A stretch of DNA of 64,000 bases from a virus (Duplodnaviria; Caudoviricetes), in IMG/VR virus record IMGVR_UViG_3300022217_000228, positions 9,347 through 73,346 of that record; one strand, given 5' to 3'. A program made the translations under genes and the position numbers. Numbering within the stretch: position 1 is the stretch's first letter; each line of letters starts with the position of its first letter. Positions 29,419-40,001 of this stretch are shown here, piece after piece. The notes beneath the pieces were generated by a model, which was given only the letters and a program-made list of their open reading frames with translations, did not search any database and was not told the DNA's origin.

Positions 29419-31956
29419 TTATTTCGCAGTCATCCAAAACACATGTCCCAATGTTCTCCCGTAAGCACTTGCACCAAGATTCCAGCACTCTTTGAAATCC
29501 TTTGCAATTATATCCTGCTCGGTGTCTCGATCGAAGGTAAGATCTTCGCCATACTTTTTATTTACCAACTGCCGTACACTCATATCCTGACAAACAAGTT
29601 CGAAAGTACCGTAATCAATTTCCTCAATACTTCCCCAGTCAACAGCACCGATATATTCATCGACTATATCAGCATGAAGCACTCCGTACCACTCACCAAA
29701 TTCAGGCAAGTCTTTGATATCCGGGTTATTAGTTGGGCCTCCCCATAAACTGTTGTTACACCATACGAGAAAGTAATTTGGGGCTTTTTTAATAAAATTA
29801 ATAGTTCCTTCAATCTTGTCCATTATCTGTCTTGTCTGTAAATAATACCCTGCATTATATTTTGCATCACTTGGCATATCACAGTAATGAATAAGAGAAT
29901 CGCCGCGGCGTGCAGTAATCATAAATCCCGGAACAATTCTAAGTATATTACAATTTGGCATTGCTTCTTTATACCGCATATTAAGAAGTCCTATGTGCTT
30001 TTCATCCATACGGTTACGCAGTGTTTTATCAGTGGTTATATCGGTTATTACTCTACATGTAGGATCGAGTGTTATTCCCTGTGTTTCCCTTGTTACGCTA
30101 TCATGAACTTGTACCCTGTTGCCTGAAAGCACTCTCACTATTATAGAGCTATAATCGGTTGACCAATATATTGTTTTTCTCTCGTCGCATTCAGTATTAG
30201 AGAACACATCATCATTAAGCTCAGTTTCTAAAGTAACAATGTTACCACTTTGGGACGCCCTCATTACTCTACCGCCGCCGATCGCACATGCTTGTAACGC
30301 TTTATTTCCACCTTCGTAATATTCACTACCTACCCTTACTTGTCTGATAGATATGTATTCTATTATTGTATAAACTTCTCCATCTTCAAACCTAAGAGGT
30401 GTCCCCTCGTCTGCCTTTTCAAAAGAACCTATTTCGGCAGTAACTATATTATTACTCATACTTGCATAAAAGGCACCAGCTACTCGATAGTCACCACACC
30501 ATGTTATTTTATTAGGAGGAAGCTCAACCTTATTATCAGTTGTTCGCGGATCCGCGCCGTTTTCACTTATATCAGTTGATCGCCAAAGGCTGTAGTGACT
30601 CCAATGCCATTCATAATTTCCCTGATCTCTCGGGATATACAGTATCCCTACTTGATTTGGGCTGGTTGGAGGCCAGTCATCATCAATCGTGGCACTATCT
30701 TCTTCAGTCCCTTTAATGATTGAAGAGACATCAGTTCCGCTCGTTCCTGCGCCAAGATAGCTTATTGTGGAGTTGCTTTCTTCGCCTGTTGTGAATACAA
30801 AATGATCATTATCCGTGTATTCAACCTGTATCCATGGGAATAGAGTATTTATAGACTTTTGAAGAGCAGTAGCTACTTCCGCCATATTCTGCACGTTTTC
30901 ACCAGTAGTACTCATATCAACTAGAAATTCTGCAGCATCATCATTATGGGTAAATTTAAACGATGCACCTGGAGCTGCTATTGTTCTGTAATATCCAGGA
31001 TCTCTATTAGTATCAGACAATCTCGCACATATTAATCGACAACCTGTCTGTGAAGCAGTATCATTATTTCCAATAGGCTTTTCAGTCCAATACGTTGTAT
31101 AATCTCTGTTTGGAGTGACTTCGAGATTAAGCCGCGTCGTACCACTTTGCTGTAGCAATGTTGCTCCAACAGTTGTTCTACTTCTTAAACCATACCCTCC
31201 AAGCCTACACATGGAATAAAGGTAATCATATCGTTTTTTATGGACTCTCCTACGAGTTCTTCCTTCGAGAAGGACATCAGGAATTGGGCCGTTTGCACGC
31301 CAAAGGATTCTAACATTATCGTAAAAACTTAATTTGAATATTCCATTCGAATTTCCTAACATGCTGTAATCGTCAACATCATCATAATCAGATATTACAT
31401 TGGAAGGCATTCTTCTTGAAACACATAGGCATTCATTCCAACGTGAATAAGAAATAGGACTTGTGTATATTCGTTTTCCCCATTGCCATATTTTCCTCTT
31501 CATTCTTTTATGGAAGCCGTTAGTATTTAATCGCCCATGAATATAACAACCAGATGTTGAATTTCTATTACCTGATAGAGATACTCTTACTTGATCACCG
31601 GAAAGATACTCAATTATTTCATCGTGATAATATCCATCATCGGTAGGCCATGCAATATGTCTACTGACAAATCCTTGAGTGAAAATGTCATCATTGCAAG
31701 TAACGATGTCATCAACTTTCTCCATCGTGTAAGTGTCTTCATCATTATTACAATCGTCCCTCCAGATGGGAGGTTGTAGTTCAGACCATAACCACGATGC
31801 AAGCCTTGGTTGTATCTCAGTATCGTAACAGTGAGCATTAACCAAGCCGGCAACAGATGTGTCGGGGATGTCTTCATGAGGAGCGTTTTTAACCAGCCCT
31901 CTACCAAAGTTATGCTGTTCCCAATTCTTCAGGTTGTCATCAGATTGCCTACTCAT
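29419..31956 (-). CDS. Probable tail nozzle/stabilisation protein
   Basis: 845 aa, beta-rich, follows the adaptor-like gene; position typical for podoviruses. Confidence 0.5.
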   Translation of the reverse strand: MSRQSDDNLKNWEQHNFGRGLVKNAPHEDIPDTSVAGLVNAHCYDTEIQPRLASWLWSELQPPIWRDDCNNDEDTYTMEKVDDIVTCNDDIFTQGFVSRHIAWPTDDGYYHDEIIEYLSGDQVRVSLSGNRNSTSGCYIHGRLNTNGFHKRMKRKIWQWGKRIYTSPISYSRWNECLCVSRRMPSNVISDYDDVDDYSMLGNSNGIFKLSFYDNVRILWRANGPIPDVLLEGRTRRRVHKKRYDYLYSMCRLGGYGLRSRTTVGATLLQQSGTTRLNLEVTPNRDYTTYWTEKPIGNNDTASQTGCRLICARLSDTNRDPGYYRTIAAPGASFKFTHNDDAAEFLVDMSTTGENVQNMAEVATALQKSINTLFPWIQVEYTDNDHFVFTTGEESNSTISYLGAGTSGTDVSSIIKGTEEDSATIDDDWPPTSPNQVGILYIPRDQGNYEWHWSHYSLWRSTDISENGADPRTTDNKVELPPNKITWCGDYRVAGAFYASMSNNIVTAEIGSFEKADEGTPLRFEDGEVYTIIEYISIRQVRVGSEYYEGGNKALQACAIGGGRVMRASQSGNIVTLETELNDDVFSNTECDERKTIYWSTDYSSIIVRVLSGNRVQVHDSVTRETQGITLDPTCRVITDITTDKTLRNRMDEKHIGLLNMRYKEAMPNCNILRIVPGFMITARRGDSLIHYCDMPSDAKYNAGYYLQTRQIMDKIEGTINFIKKAPNYFLVWCNNSLWGGPTNNPDIKDLPEFGEWYGVLHADIVDEYIGAVDWGSIEEIDYGTFELVCQDMSVRQLVNKKYGEDLTFDRDTEQDIIAKDFKECWNLGASAYGRTLGHVFWMTAK

Positions 31957-32639
31957 TAAAATGCCCTTTTAACACAAAATGACGATAGTCCCTGCTCTCC
32001 ATCGTCTAATTCAGTCCAATATTTAGGCTTTAGTACTGTTTCGATATATTTAGTAACGGCAAGTTGTTTCTTATGATCATTGATTGCATCAATAAGAGAC
32101 ATGGTAGCCTGCATGAGAAGCTGCTCTGCTGCAGGGCTCGGGCATTCATGCTGTACGCGTGGACTTGTTATTTCTGTTGGGAGCCTATAACTTATTCTTC
32201 GAAACAAGGATGACGTGCCCCCGGGATTAACACCCCTAAACATAAAAGTGGCCGGAGTGACACTTCCACTTCCGGCTACTCTTGCAGGCGTACTTTTTAT
32301 ATTAACGACACGAAGGTATTCCAGACCTTCAAAAATGAACTCCTCAGTTCTCCAGTCACTTGTCCATGCATTAGGCAACGCCTGATCACCGTCTATCACA
32401 ATATGTTTTACCTGCCAGACAGTAGTAGGACAAGTATATTGGAATTCATTGTTACGTGTTGTTACGTATGGAAAATCTCCCGTCGCTGAGTCATAGAGTA
32501 AATTCTGTTCTCTTTCCGCAGTATTAAGAAGCCGGTGCGCCTGATTGTACAGTGGCAGGATTCCTTTTTGACTTCCCTCCGGGTTCCATCCGTGGCACTC
32601 CAGCGCTATCCACGTCAGATGTTGATTCGTCGACGCCAT
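31956..32639 (-). CDS. Probable head-tail adaptor/tail tubular protein
   Basis: 227 aa; size and position after the capsid genes. Confidence 0.5.
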   Translation of the reverse strand: MASTNQHLTWIALECHGWNPEGSQKGILPLYNQAHRLLNTAEREQNLLYDSATGDFPYVTTRNNEFQYTCPTTVWQVKHIVIDGDQALPNAWTSDWRTEEFIFEGLEYLRVVNIKSTPARVAGSGSVTPATFMFRGVNPGGTSSLFRRISYRLPTEITSPRVQHECPSPAAEQLLMQATMSLIDAINDHKKQLAVTKYIETVLKPKYWTELDDGEQGLSSFCVKRAF

Positions 32640-33183
32640 CTATATCATCTCCCTTTTTTGGCCGCCCTCTTCTCCCAGGCGATTTTTGAGATACTTCCTG
32701 TTTTTCAATTTCTTCCAGCTTCTTTAAATCAGCAGCAATTCTGCGTTCGATTTCTTCTTTAGGACTAAGTTCTGTTTTAAACGGTTCATCTTTTATTTTT
32801 TCAATCTCTTCAGCTAATTTTGAATCAACAACAACGAGTTCACGATGTGTTGAAATGAAATGTCTGTTCCAGTTGTCAGGATCATCCCAGATATCGGCTT
32901 CGATTTCACCGGTAATAGATTGCCTAAAAAGCAGCGCACGTGCTCCTGGCCGTGCCTGCCATTCTGTTTTTCCAGTACTAACATCAGTCTTCTCATATGC
33001 TTCTACATCTCTAAGGCCATGAATTCTTATGTTAAAACAAACGCCTTCGCTATCAATTTGCGGTATTGCTCTGCCTTCATAACGAACCTTTATGAACTTT
33101 TCGCCTTTCCGCCTGAGATTTTCAATGTTTTTTAGGTGTTCTCTGTCCTGTTGAGATTTAAAAAAATCCGCTAACTGATTCAT
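32524..33183 (-). CDS. Hypothetical protein downstream of capsid gene
   Basis: Start MNQLADFF; basic 'RRGRPKK' tail; 116-bp overlap with the next gene. Confidence 0.5.
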   Translation of the reverse strand: MNQLADFFKSQQDREHLKNIENLRRKGEKFIKVRYEGRAIPQIDSEGVCFNIRIHGLRDVEAYEKTDVSTGKTEWQARPGARALLFRQSITGEIEADIWDDPDNWNRHFISTHRELVVVDSKLAEEIEKIKDEPFKTELSPKEEIERRIAADLKKLEEIEKQEVSQKSPGRRGRPKKGDDIDGVDESTSDVDSAGVPRMEPGGKSKRNPATVQSGAPAS

Positions 33184-33258
33184 GTTAATCCTTTCTTTTG
33201 GTGGATACAAAGACAGGGGTATTAACCCCCTGTCTTCACAATTCAATATTATGCAGTA

Positions 33259-34548
33259 CTATGCATTCTCTACACGGCCAAGCACAACCAGTACTGAGCC
33301 GAAATACTCACGCTGCGCACCGGTAGGATCAACAGGTGTGGTATCAAACTGTAGATGCTGATATCCACGATTACCTGCATAACCGACACCATTACGCACA
33401 TTGTAATCCCAATCCTGAGAAATCATATGCATCTTCTCAGGTTCCATCAGATACAATGAACCTGCACCATGAAGGATAGATGCATCACGTACCAATGGAT
33501 TCTCAAGTTGTCTCTGGTCGTTTGCAGTAGGCCACATATAACCAGCTTCCAGGCCAAAAGGCTCTGCAGTACCACTCGGGATAAGAGTAGCGAGTCTGTC
33601 GTCACGAACAATGTAAATTGTTGCACCGGCAGCGCTTTCCCATTTCCCTTGTATACCATACCAGTTCTGTACTTTATGATCTTTGATATCATCAACACGA
33701 GTATAACGACTTCCAAGCGTATCGATGAACCGAGGATTGGTAAATCGTGCCGCTTGAAGCTGTGATATCGTTAGAACAAAAGCCTGATTTCCTTCGATTG
33801 ATAACGGCCATAGCCGACGCAGAAATGCAAACCGAACAAGATCATCCATTACCCTACCGGAAAGCATTTGTGCTGCAGTCTGCGGAAATGTTCCGGTTCC
33901 ACCTGAAGCAGTATCCATTGCACTAACAATTCGATTGGTATACGTTGCCCAGTTGGGATGGAATTGCGGTTGATGGAAAATGTCTGTTGCGCCATTGGCA
34001 ACATAGCAATGACGGTTCCATTGGGCAGGACATACGTTTTGAGTCGAGCCTGCCATGAGATTCCAACCGTATGTTTCTATCAATCCCATGTGGATTTCAA
34101 GATCTTCCTCTGCCGCTGCATGAGGCGCCAAATCCTTAGCATGGGTTTCATAAAGCTTATAGAATTCTGCATCAAGCTTATGCTCACCATAACCAGGCTT
34201 GTCCTGAAATACGATACGATAGTTATTACGATACAGTGTACCATTTTTCACTATCGGTGGTATTTCAGTTCCCATTGCAACTGCATTACCGCGGAGAATA
34301 TTAGCATCGACTTCCATCTTAAGACCGACGCGTACATTATTTGCGCCGCCGATCTCTTCCGGAGCCAAGCGAACAATAACGTCGCTCGGCATGGATAGCT
34401 CCTGCCGTTTATAGATTATCCTTTCACCGGTAATATTTGCATATATCGACTTTGGAATAGCTCTCCTGCGGAGAGTATTGCTGAACTTCCTTACAACAAG
34501 ACTTCCGCCAGAAAGAGTATTCAAACTAGTATAATTTCTTACACCCAT
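33259..34548 (-). CDS. Major capsid protein (probable)
   Basis: 429 aa after scaffold-like gene; 'ILRGNAVAMGTE' resembles the N4/DUF4043-type capsid segment. Confidence 0.7.
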   Translation of the reverse strand: MGVRNYTSLNTLSGGSLVVRKFSNTLRRRAIPKSIYANITGERIIYKRQELSMPSDVIVRLAPEEIGGANNVRVGLKMEVDANILRGNAVAMGTEIPPIVKNGTLYRNNYRIVFQDKPGYGEHKLDAEFYKLYETHAKDLAPHAAAEEDLEIHMGLIETYGWNLMAGSTQNVCPAQWNRHCYVANGATDIFHQPQFHPNWATYTNRIVSAMDTASGGTGTFPQTAAQMLSGRVMDDLVRFAFLRRLWPLSIEGNQAFVLTISQLQAARFTNPRFIDTLGSRYTRVDDIKDHKVQNWYGIQGKWESAAGATIYIVRDDRLATLIPSGTAEPFGLEAGYMWPTANDQRQLENPLVRDASILHGAGSLYLMEPEKMHMISQDWDYNVRNGVGYAGNRGYQHLQFDTTPVDPTGAQREYFGSVLVVLGRVENA

Positions 34549-34607
34549 ATGTTACTCCTTTTCAAGTTAAGTTTTGTTGCGATTCTACTTCGCTCTACAC
34601 CTGAATA

Positions 34608-36191
34608 TCAGGCAACTTGCTTCCAATGATCTTCGACATCAGGAACAGGTAGTTTGAGTGTTTCACATGCTTTCTTAACGGCGTTAAACATATCCCATCC
34701 ACGTTTATCGCCATTACGTAACAACCGTTCCATTTTTTCTTCATCAACGGTCATACGCCCTTGTTTTTCACCAAGGATTTCAAGAGCCTGGTCTTCACTC
34801 ATATCCTGTCCTTCCGGTGGAGCACCAGTGGGAGAAAGGGTAGGAGATGATGTATCTCTCTTTTGAATAGATTCATTCAAACTCTGCTGCCCTTGTTTCT
34901 CAGCCTCAATGATTTTCATCTCATTTTCAAGCGTACTTAATCCACCTGAGTCTTTCATATTTTGAAAAGCTGCGCCAAAATCAGGAAAGGTTATTTTGTT
35001 GCCACGAAAATCTTTGACAGGAACTCGTCTTCCAGAGCGTGAATCAATTTGTTCTCCACGTTGTCTCCAGTATACATTCATTAGAATACCGTAGTTTCGA
35101 ATATCATTACCATTGATTCCGAAATCTGCAGGGTTAATACCTTCCTGCTCACATATTCTAGTAAGTTCGCTGTCATTGGCATTATAAGCACTTACAAGCT
35201 TGTTGACCTCATCAAAGTTCTCTGGGTTTCTTCCATACACCCTCCGTGCCATACTTATAATAGATGACTCAACATCATTACGATCGTCGGCATAAAGCGG
35301 CTTTGAAGTCTTCAGCTCTGGATGTTTAACCTGTAAGTCAGCTAATCCCCTTTCAGCAGCCTTTTGTTCATGTTCAGCTTTGCGTCTTGCCTCACCCACT
35401 TTGGTAGTTTCAGACACGCTCCTTATATTGTCTTCAAGGCTTTTGTACCTTTTTTCTGCATTTGTTCGATAGTTGGTAAACTCAGTTTTTACACTATCGA
35501 GTTCGCCCAACGTTTCTTCAAGTGCATTAACAGTGCCTGAAATTGCTTTCTGAAGAGGTTCAATTTCATCCCCTTCATAATTGTTAAGCTTAGATACTTG
35601 CTCATTAATAGTATCGAGTCGGCTACTAAGCTCAGAGCGTTTTTTAGTACTCATAGGTTTTGATTCTATGGTACTCTTAACTTCCTTTGAAGCAGCCCTC
35701 AATTCCTGAAGCTCTCTTTGGAGTTCTGGAACTGTTTTGGCTGTGTTTTCAAGTTCTGCTATACGCTCTTCATATACATGCAATTTTCCTTCAGCACTAT
35801 TCGCATAACGGCGTGCATGTGCCGTTTGCTTCAGTATTTCAGGAGCGCTTTTGTAATTACGTATCGATTCATCAAGATCACTTCGTTTTACCTTGCCGAG
35901 AGTTGAAAAATCAATGTAATCGTCCTCACTTTCTACCGTTTCAACAGACTGTTGTGGCTCTTTCTGTGTTACGGTTGGCTCTTCTGTTGGCTCATTGGGG
36001 AGAACTTCAGAAGCCGCTTCTTCAGAAATAGACGCATTGCGTATTTCTTCTTCTTTGAGTTCCTGCTCATGCTGCCACTCCTCGATATTAGCTGTACCCT
36101 TGGGGGGTTCATCAGGAAGTTCGGCTAAAGCAGTGTCTCGTTCTTCCTCGTTTTTAAAAACGAGTTCTTTTGCTTCATCTGGCATCTTCAA
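34608..36191 (-). CDS. Capsid scaffolding protein (probable)
   Basis: Acidic N-terminus and long coiled coil, between portal and capsid. Confidence 0.65.
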   Translation of the reverse strand: MKMPDEAKELVFKNEEERDTALAELPDEPPKGTANIEEWQHEQELKEEEIRNASISEEAASEVLPNEPTEEPTVTQKEPQQSVETVESEDDYIDFSTLGKVKRSDLDESIRNYKSAPEILKQTAHARRYANSAEGKLHVYEERIAELENTAKTVPELQRELQELRAASKEVKSTIESKPMSTKKRSELSSRLDTINEQVSKLNNYEGDEIEPLQKAISGTVNALEETLGELDSVKTEFTNYRTNAEKRYKSLEDNIRSVSETTKVGEARRKAEHEQKAAERGLADLQVKHPELKTSKPLYADDRNDVESSIISMARRVYGRNPENFDEVNKLVSAYNANDSELTRICEQEGINPADFGINGNDIRNYGILMNVYWRQRGEQIDSRSGRRVPVKDFRGNKITFPDFGAAFQNMKDSGGLSTLENEMKIIEAEKQGQQSLNESIQKRDTSSPTLSPTGAPPEGQDMSEDQALEILGEKQGRMTVDEEKMERLLRNGDKRGWDMFNAVKKACETLKLPVPDVEDHWKQVA

Positions 36192-36454
36192 TTGCCTTTC
36201 TTGGTTGCAGGTGGCTCCTCTTAAGTAGTTGGCTACTCATAAGGCTGCTTCCCTATTAACAATCATTTATATAAAACACGCCACTACTTCTTTTTTGGAG
36301 AAGGTAGCGGCATAAGAAAAATCAAATCTAAGGGTGGATCCGGTTCGCTGTCATACGTGTTCTCCTCACATCCGCCGAGAGTTTTATAACGATTATCCAG
36401 ATTTTCCTGAATAGGAGTAGGTTCGATTTTTAATTTTTCCATAATGGCACCCTT

Positions 36455-38611
36455 CTATCCCGGTATTGCAGGAGATTCATTTCCAAGTCTGTTTATATTC
36501 TGAACTCGCTGTTCTCTTTCCGTAGGCATTGATTGTTCTTGTGCAGGTCCGACGCTCATTGCTGCAGGTGTTGCTTGTTCTGGAATACTTGGCTGTTGTG
36601 CCCCTCCCTGCATTTTGGCCTGCATATTCTGCATCATTCCTTGAAGCTGCATCTGCATCGATTTCGCTTCCATTCCCTGTGCTTTTAATCCCTCGATTTG
36701 GGTGAACAGCGACAGTATATCACGCATTTCTTTAAGTGTTCGCATGCGCTCAATCTTCAACTGCTCTTCCGGTGTTCTTTCTATGGTACTGAGAAGATCG
36801 TATGTGAGCATCTGGATTTCCTCTTTAAACAATTCCGGATGAGCAGATAGCATCTTGGTTGTATCGAATAGTTCAAGCCTTTTCTCCATGCGTTTTGTCG
36901 GAGAAGATTTTGAAAGCCGAACAACAACTCTTGCGCGTGGAAGATCGCTTATTGAGTTTATATAAACCTTTTCCCTGCCTCCATTTTGATTCGTTCTAAA
37001 TGCAGGAACATTGAATTCAACCTCTCCGCTACCGCCGGCCATAGGGATTTTACGATACAAATCTTTGTACGAGATTTGAGCTTGGTTGTACCATGCTTCT
37101 GCCTTATCCATAAGGAATTGCTGCCAAGCACCGTATAGGCGTAGTGTTCCGAGCTTTGTGATTTCATGGCGCAATTCAAGAAGAATGCCAGATTGATCCC
37201 TTTCGGCAGCCCCTTCGAGTGCAGGAGTAACAGGCGTTACTCTATCAAGCAGGTCGATTATTTCATTAACCTGTCTAAAAATGTGCTCCGGAACTTGTCC
37301 AACTGGAAATAATGCAGCTACATTATCAGGAGGGCCATCAACGGCATGAACGTAATCAGGACGGGTTTTATTCTGCATTATTTTTTGAACACCCTGTTTG
37401 CCGCCAACTTTGTTTTGATCAACAAAGGTTGCTCCTGAAGCGGCAGCAGCAATAACGTCATCCATCTTTGATTGTCGATAATTAAGTGTTCTGTTTAAAT
37501 CGAGGCCGTATTCGAATACGCCTTTTCTTATACCAAACATTTTGTTGGAAGAGAATTCGAATAGACCTATCATCCCAGGTTGTGTAGGATGTTTTCCTCT
37601 GACGAAAACCAAATCAGGTGCAATTCCGGTTAGATCAGGTGATATAATACCATAATAAAGAATATTGTCTTCATACGGAAATTCTCTTATATCTGACCAG
37701 GTTATACCCGTTTTTTCCTTAAAATCACGTACTTGATCTTCCGTTACTTTTAATGGAAATGCAAACCACTCGCCAGTTTGCATTTTTGCATGTAGGCGAG
37801 TGGTTCTTAGCTTTTCAAGCCAACGGTATTCGGTAACGAGATAGCGTGATCCACTTTTTGTCGGCAGGTTTTCCCATGCCCGTACATCATCGCCTTCATT
37901 GGCGTAATCATAGCCTATCGCAAAATCACGTTCGGCGAGTTTTCTTACACTATCATCGCGGCAATCAAGCTCTTCTATCATCATTTCCGGAGTGAGGTAT
38001 CCGTCTATCATGGCCTTACGCCAGTTTCGTATCTCGTTGTCCTGCCAAAAAGGATCCGAAAGAACGGTTCCATCCGTGCAGTGCTTGAAACTTATTGCAC
38101 CTGTTCGTCTGATATCATAATCAAGACACATCATTTGTACACCGGAATGTAGTAACCCCGACATATTTGACTGATTATCTGCTGTTTCATACTTGTACTG
38201 ATCTTTATCGGCGAAATACCAATGCTTTATAGAGTCTATGAGCGTGTTTTCGTCTATATCCAATGCTTTAAAATCGAAATCGAAGCGTTCTGACATCAAT
38301 GAGCCACTTAGGGTTTCCATTTTTTGTTTTAATATATTTATACTTGTTGGGTGACGATCGGCGTTTAGTAGTTGGTTGCGTTCTGTTTCAGGCCACATTC
38401 CTCCGTTAATATCCATGAATGCCTGCATTGCATCATAATATCGTTCTCTTGAATCTTGATGACATGCAAGCCAGCGTGTGTGGAGATCTTCGACATGCCG
38501 AACGAATTCCCCATCAGATGAGCGCATCCGCATGGAGGTTTTAGTGTTTATGTTAGCTTTTTCTATCGGGAATTCTATGTCGGAAGTGAGATGTAGTGGA
38601 TACTTGTTCAT
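36455..38611 (-). CDS. Portal protein (P22-like size)
   Basis: 718 aa helical protein; 'GGMW...RHPTSINILKQK' N-terminus; Q/M-rich C-terminal barrel; first large gene of head module. Confidence 0.8.
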   Translation of the reverse strand: MNKYPLHLTSDIEFPIEKANINTKTSMRMRSSDGEFVRHVEDLHTRWLACHQDSRERYYDAMQAFMDINGGMWPETERNQLLNADRHPTSINILKQKMETLSGSLMSERFDFDFKALDIDENTLIDSIKHWYFADKDQYKYETADNQSNMSGLLHSGVQMMCLDYDIRRTGAISFKHCTDGTVLSDPFWQDNEIRNWRKAMIDGYLTPEMMIEELDCRDDSVRKLAERDFAIGYDYANEGDDVRAWENLPTKSGSRYLVTEYRWLEKLRTTRLHAKMQTGEWFAFPLKVTEDQVRDFKEKTGITWSDIREFPYEDNILYYGIISPDLTGIAPDLVFVRGKHPTQPGMIGLFEFSSNKMFGIRKGVFEYGLDLNRTLNYRQSKMDDVIAAAASGATFVDQNKVGGKQGVQKIMQNKTRPDYVHAVDGPPDNVAALFPVGQVPEHIFRQVNEIIDLLDRVTPVTPALEGAAERDQSGILLELRHEITKLGTLRLYGAWQQFLMDKAEAWYNQAQISYKDLYRKIPMAGGSGEVEFNVPAFRTNQNGGREKVYINSISDLPRARVVVRLSKSSPTKRMEKRLELFDTTKMLSAHPELFKEEIQMLTYDLLSTIERTPEEQLKIERMRTLKEMRDILSLFTQIEGLKAQGMEAKSMQMQLQGMMQNMQAKMQGGAQQPSIPEQATPAAMSVGPAQEQSMPTEREQRVQNINRLGNESPAIPG

Positions 38612-38886
38612 GTCATATCTTCCATTATATATTCTACTGATTTATTTTCATCCATTAATCGTACAGATCTTACGCCTTCTGAAACAACGGCGACACTATC
38701 AAAATTAAAGTGTTGTGTTATTGGCAATAATTTAGCAGTTATACCACCATTTTTATTTATATCAACCTGTACCCATCTGTTGCATTTTCTGTCACCACAA
38801 TGCACCCAAAACCTCTTTTGGTGTGGATCATATGCTATAAGTATCTTGGGATATTGGTGGTTCGGACAATTAATTCGCACTTTCAT
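38608..38886 (-). CDS. Small Cys/His zinc-ribbon protein
   Basis: CPNH...HCGDRKC; overlaps the portal start. Confidence 0.5.
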   Translation of the reverse strand: MKVRINCPNHQYPKILIAYDPHQKRFWVHCGDRKCNRWVQVDINKNGGITAKLLPITQHFNFDSVAVVSEGVRSVRLMDENKSVEYIMEDMT

Positions 38887-38982
38887 CTACTATAATAATA
38901 GTACTTAAGCGCAAAAATAAATAGTGACGCTACTCCACAGGTAGCATGATTTTAAAAACTAACTATGTAAACGGTAGGAAAA

Positions 38983-39648
38983 CTAGGTGCCGGAAACAAT
39001 TCTCCAGGTGCGTTGATTATCCCATTTTTGGATAATGCAAGCTACCTGTTTTCTGCTGCTTCCGCCTTGGGGGATTGGCCAACATGGGTATTCCCAATCC
39101 AATACGTGGCCGAATTTTTCGGGGATTTGCACTTTAATCTTTTTGAAGTCTACCCACATTAATTTATTAACGTAATCAGACGGGATGCCGAGGGCTATCG
39201 CTTCGGTTTCATCGTTATATCCCCATCTGTTTGAATCGAATTTTGATTCTCTTACCCATCTGCCGCTTTTGGACCACCACCAGAATCCTTGAAAATTGAA
39301 ACCTATCCAGTGACAGAACTTTGCTCTCTTTGCCCCGCGCCTTAGTGTAAACCATGTGGCCATATCAGTATCTTTTCTTCTCGCTACTTTCTCGCGGGAG
39401 AAAAACATGTTCTTTTCCCTGAGGTATTCTATATAATCATCAAGTTGTTTCTTGGTGATACCATCAGCATGGATGCACATATCGATGTCGTTGTCATGGC
39501 CTATAAAATCGTTTTCGCGTATGATACCGAGAAGAAGGCCGAAATTAACGAAGAGTTTATCTTTTATACCAGCTTTTTCTGCGCATTCGTAGCATATGGA
39601 CAGATCCTCTGTAGCGTACAATTTTCTCTGATAATCAAAAAAAGCCAT
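38983..39648 (-). CDS. LicD-family phosphotransferase
   Basis: 'FGLLLGIIRENDFIGHDNDIDM' matches the LicD GTLLGAxR...DxDxD motif. Confidence 0.85.
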   Translation of the reverse strand: MAFFDYQRKLYATEDLSICYECAEKAGIKDKLFVNFGLLLGIIRENDFIGHDNDIDMCIHADGITKKQLDDYIEYLREKNMFFSREKVARRKDTDMATWFTLRRGAKRAKFCHWIGFNFQGFWWWSKSGRWVRESKFDSNRWGYNDETEAIALGIPSDYVNKLMWVDFKKIKVQIPEKFGHVLDWEYPCWPIPQGGSSRKQVACIIQKWDNQRTWRIVSGT

Positions 39649-39658
39649 TAATGTCCTT

Positions 39659-39791
39659 TTTCACAACGGTCCGCGAATATGTGCAGTGCTGGAGCCATCC
39701 GGCTTATTTACGCGCCTTTGGGCTGGTGCCGAAACCCGCATAATCCAACTTAGTAGCACAACCAGCATTGCATATATTCGCTGTTGTATGT
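39659..39791 (-). repeat. Solo attC-like site T
   Basis: (+) TTTCACAAC-GGTCC-GCGAATATGTGCAGTGCTGG ... CCAGCATTGCATATATTCGC-T-GTTGTATGT; same geometry as the array sites. Confidence 0.8.
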
Positions 39792-39916
39792 TGAAGGAGA
39801 TTTCCTCCATAGTGTAAAAGCGATATGTTAATTATTTTTCCCGGACGGAACGGCCTTATCCGATGTTCCGTATATTTGATAATTAACTCTCGGATGCGAT
39901 ATCGCATTACAACCAT
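39704..39916 (-). CDS. Solo cassette ORF (70 aa) reading into attC T
   Basis: AAGGAG RBS after GTTGTATGC cassette start; ends HTTANICNAG...KARK inside the hairpin. Confidence 0.5.
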   Translation of the reverse strand: MVVMRYRIRELIIKYTEHRIRPFRPGKIINISLLHYGGNLLQHTTANICNAGCATKLDYAGFGTSPKARK

Positions 39917-39940
39917 AAAAGAAATCTCCTTTTGCATACA

Positions 39941-39969
39941 ACTATATTAGTGTGAAATATATTATTCAA
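39941..39969 (-). promoter_or_regulatory. sigma70-like promoter TTGAAT-N17-TATAGT; -10 overlaps the G^TT cassette junction
   Basis: -35 at 39964-39969, -10 at 39941-39946, 17-nt spacer. Confidence 0.6.
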
Positions 39970-40001
39970 GTAATGCACTACATAATTAGAACAATGTCAT
40001 T

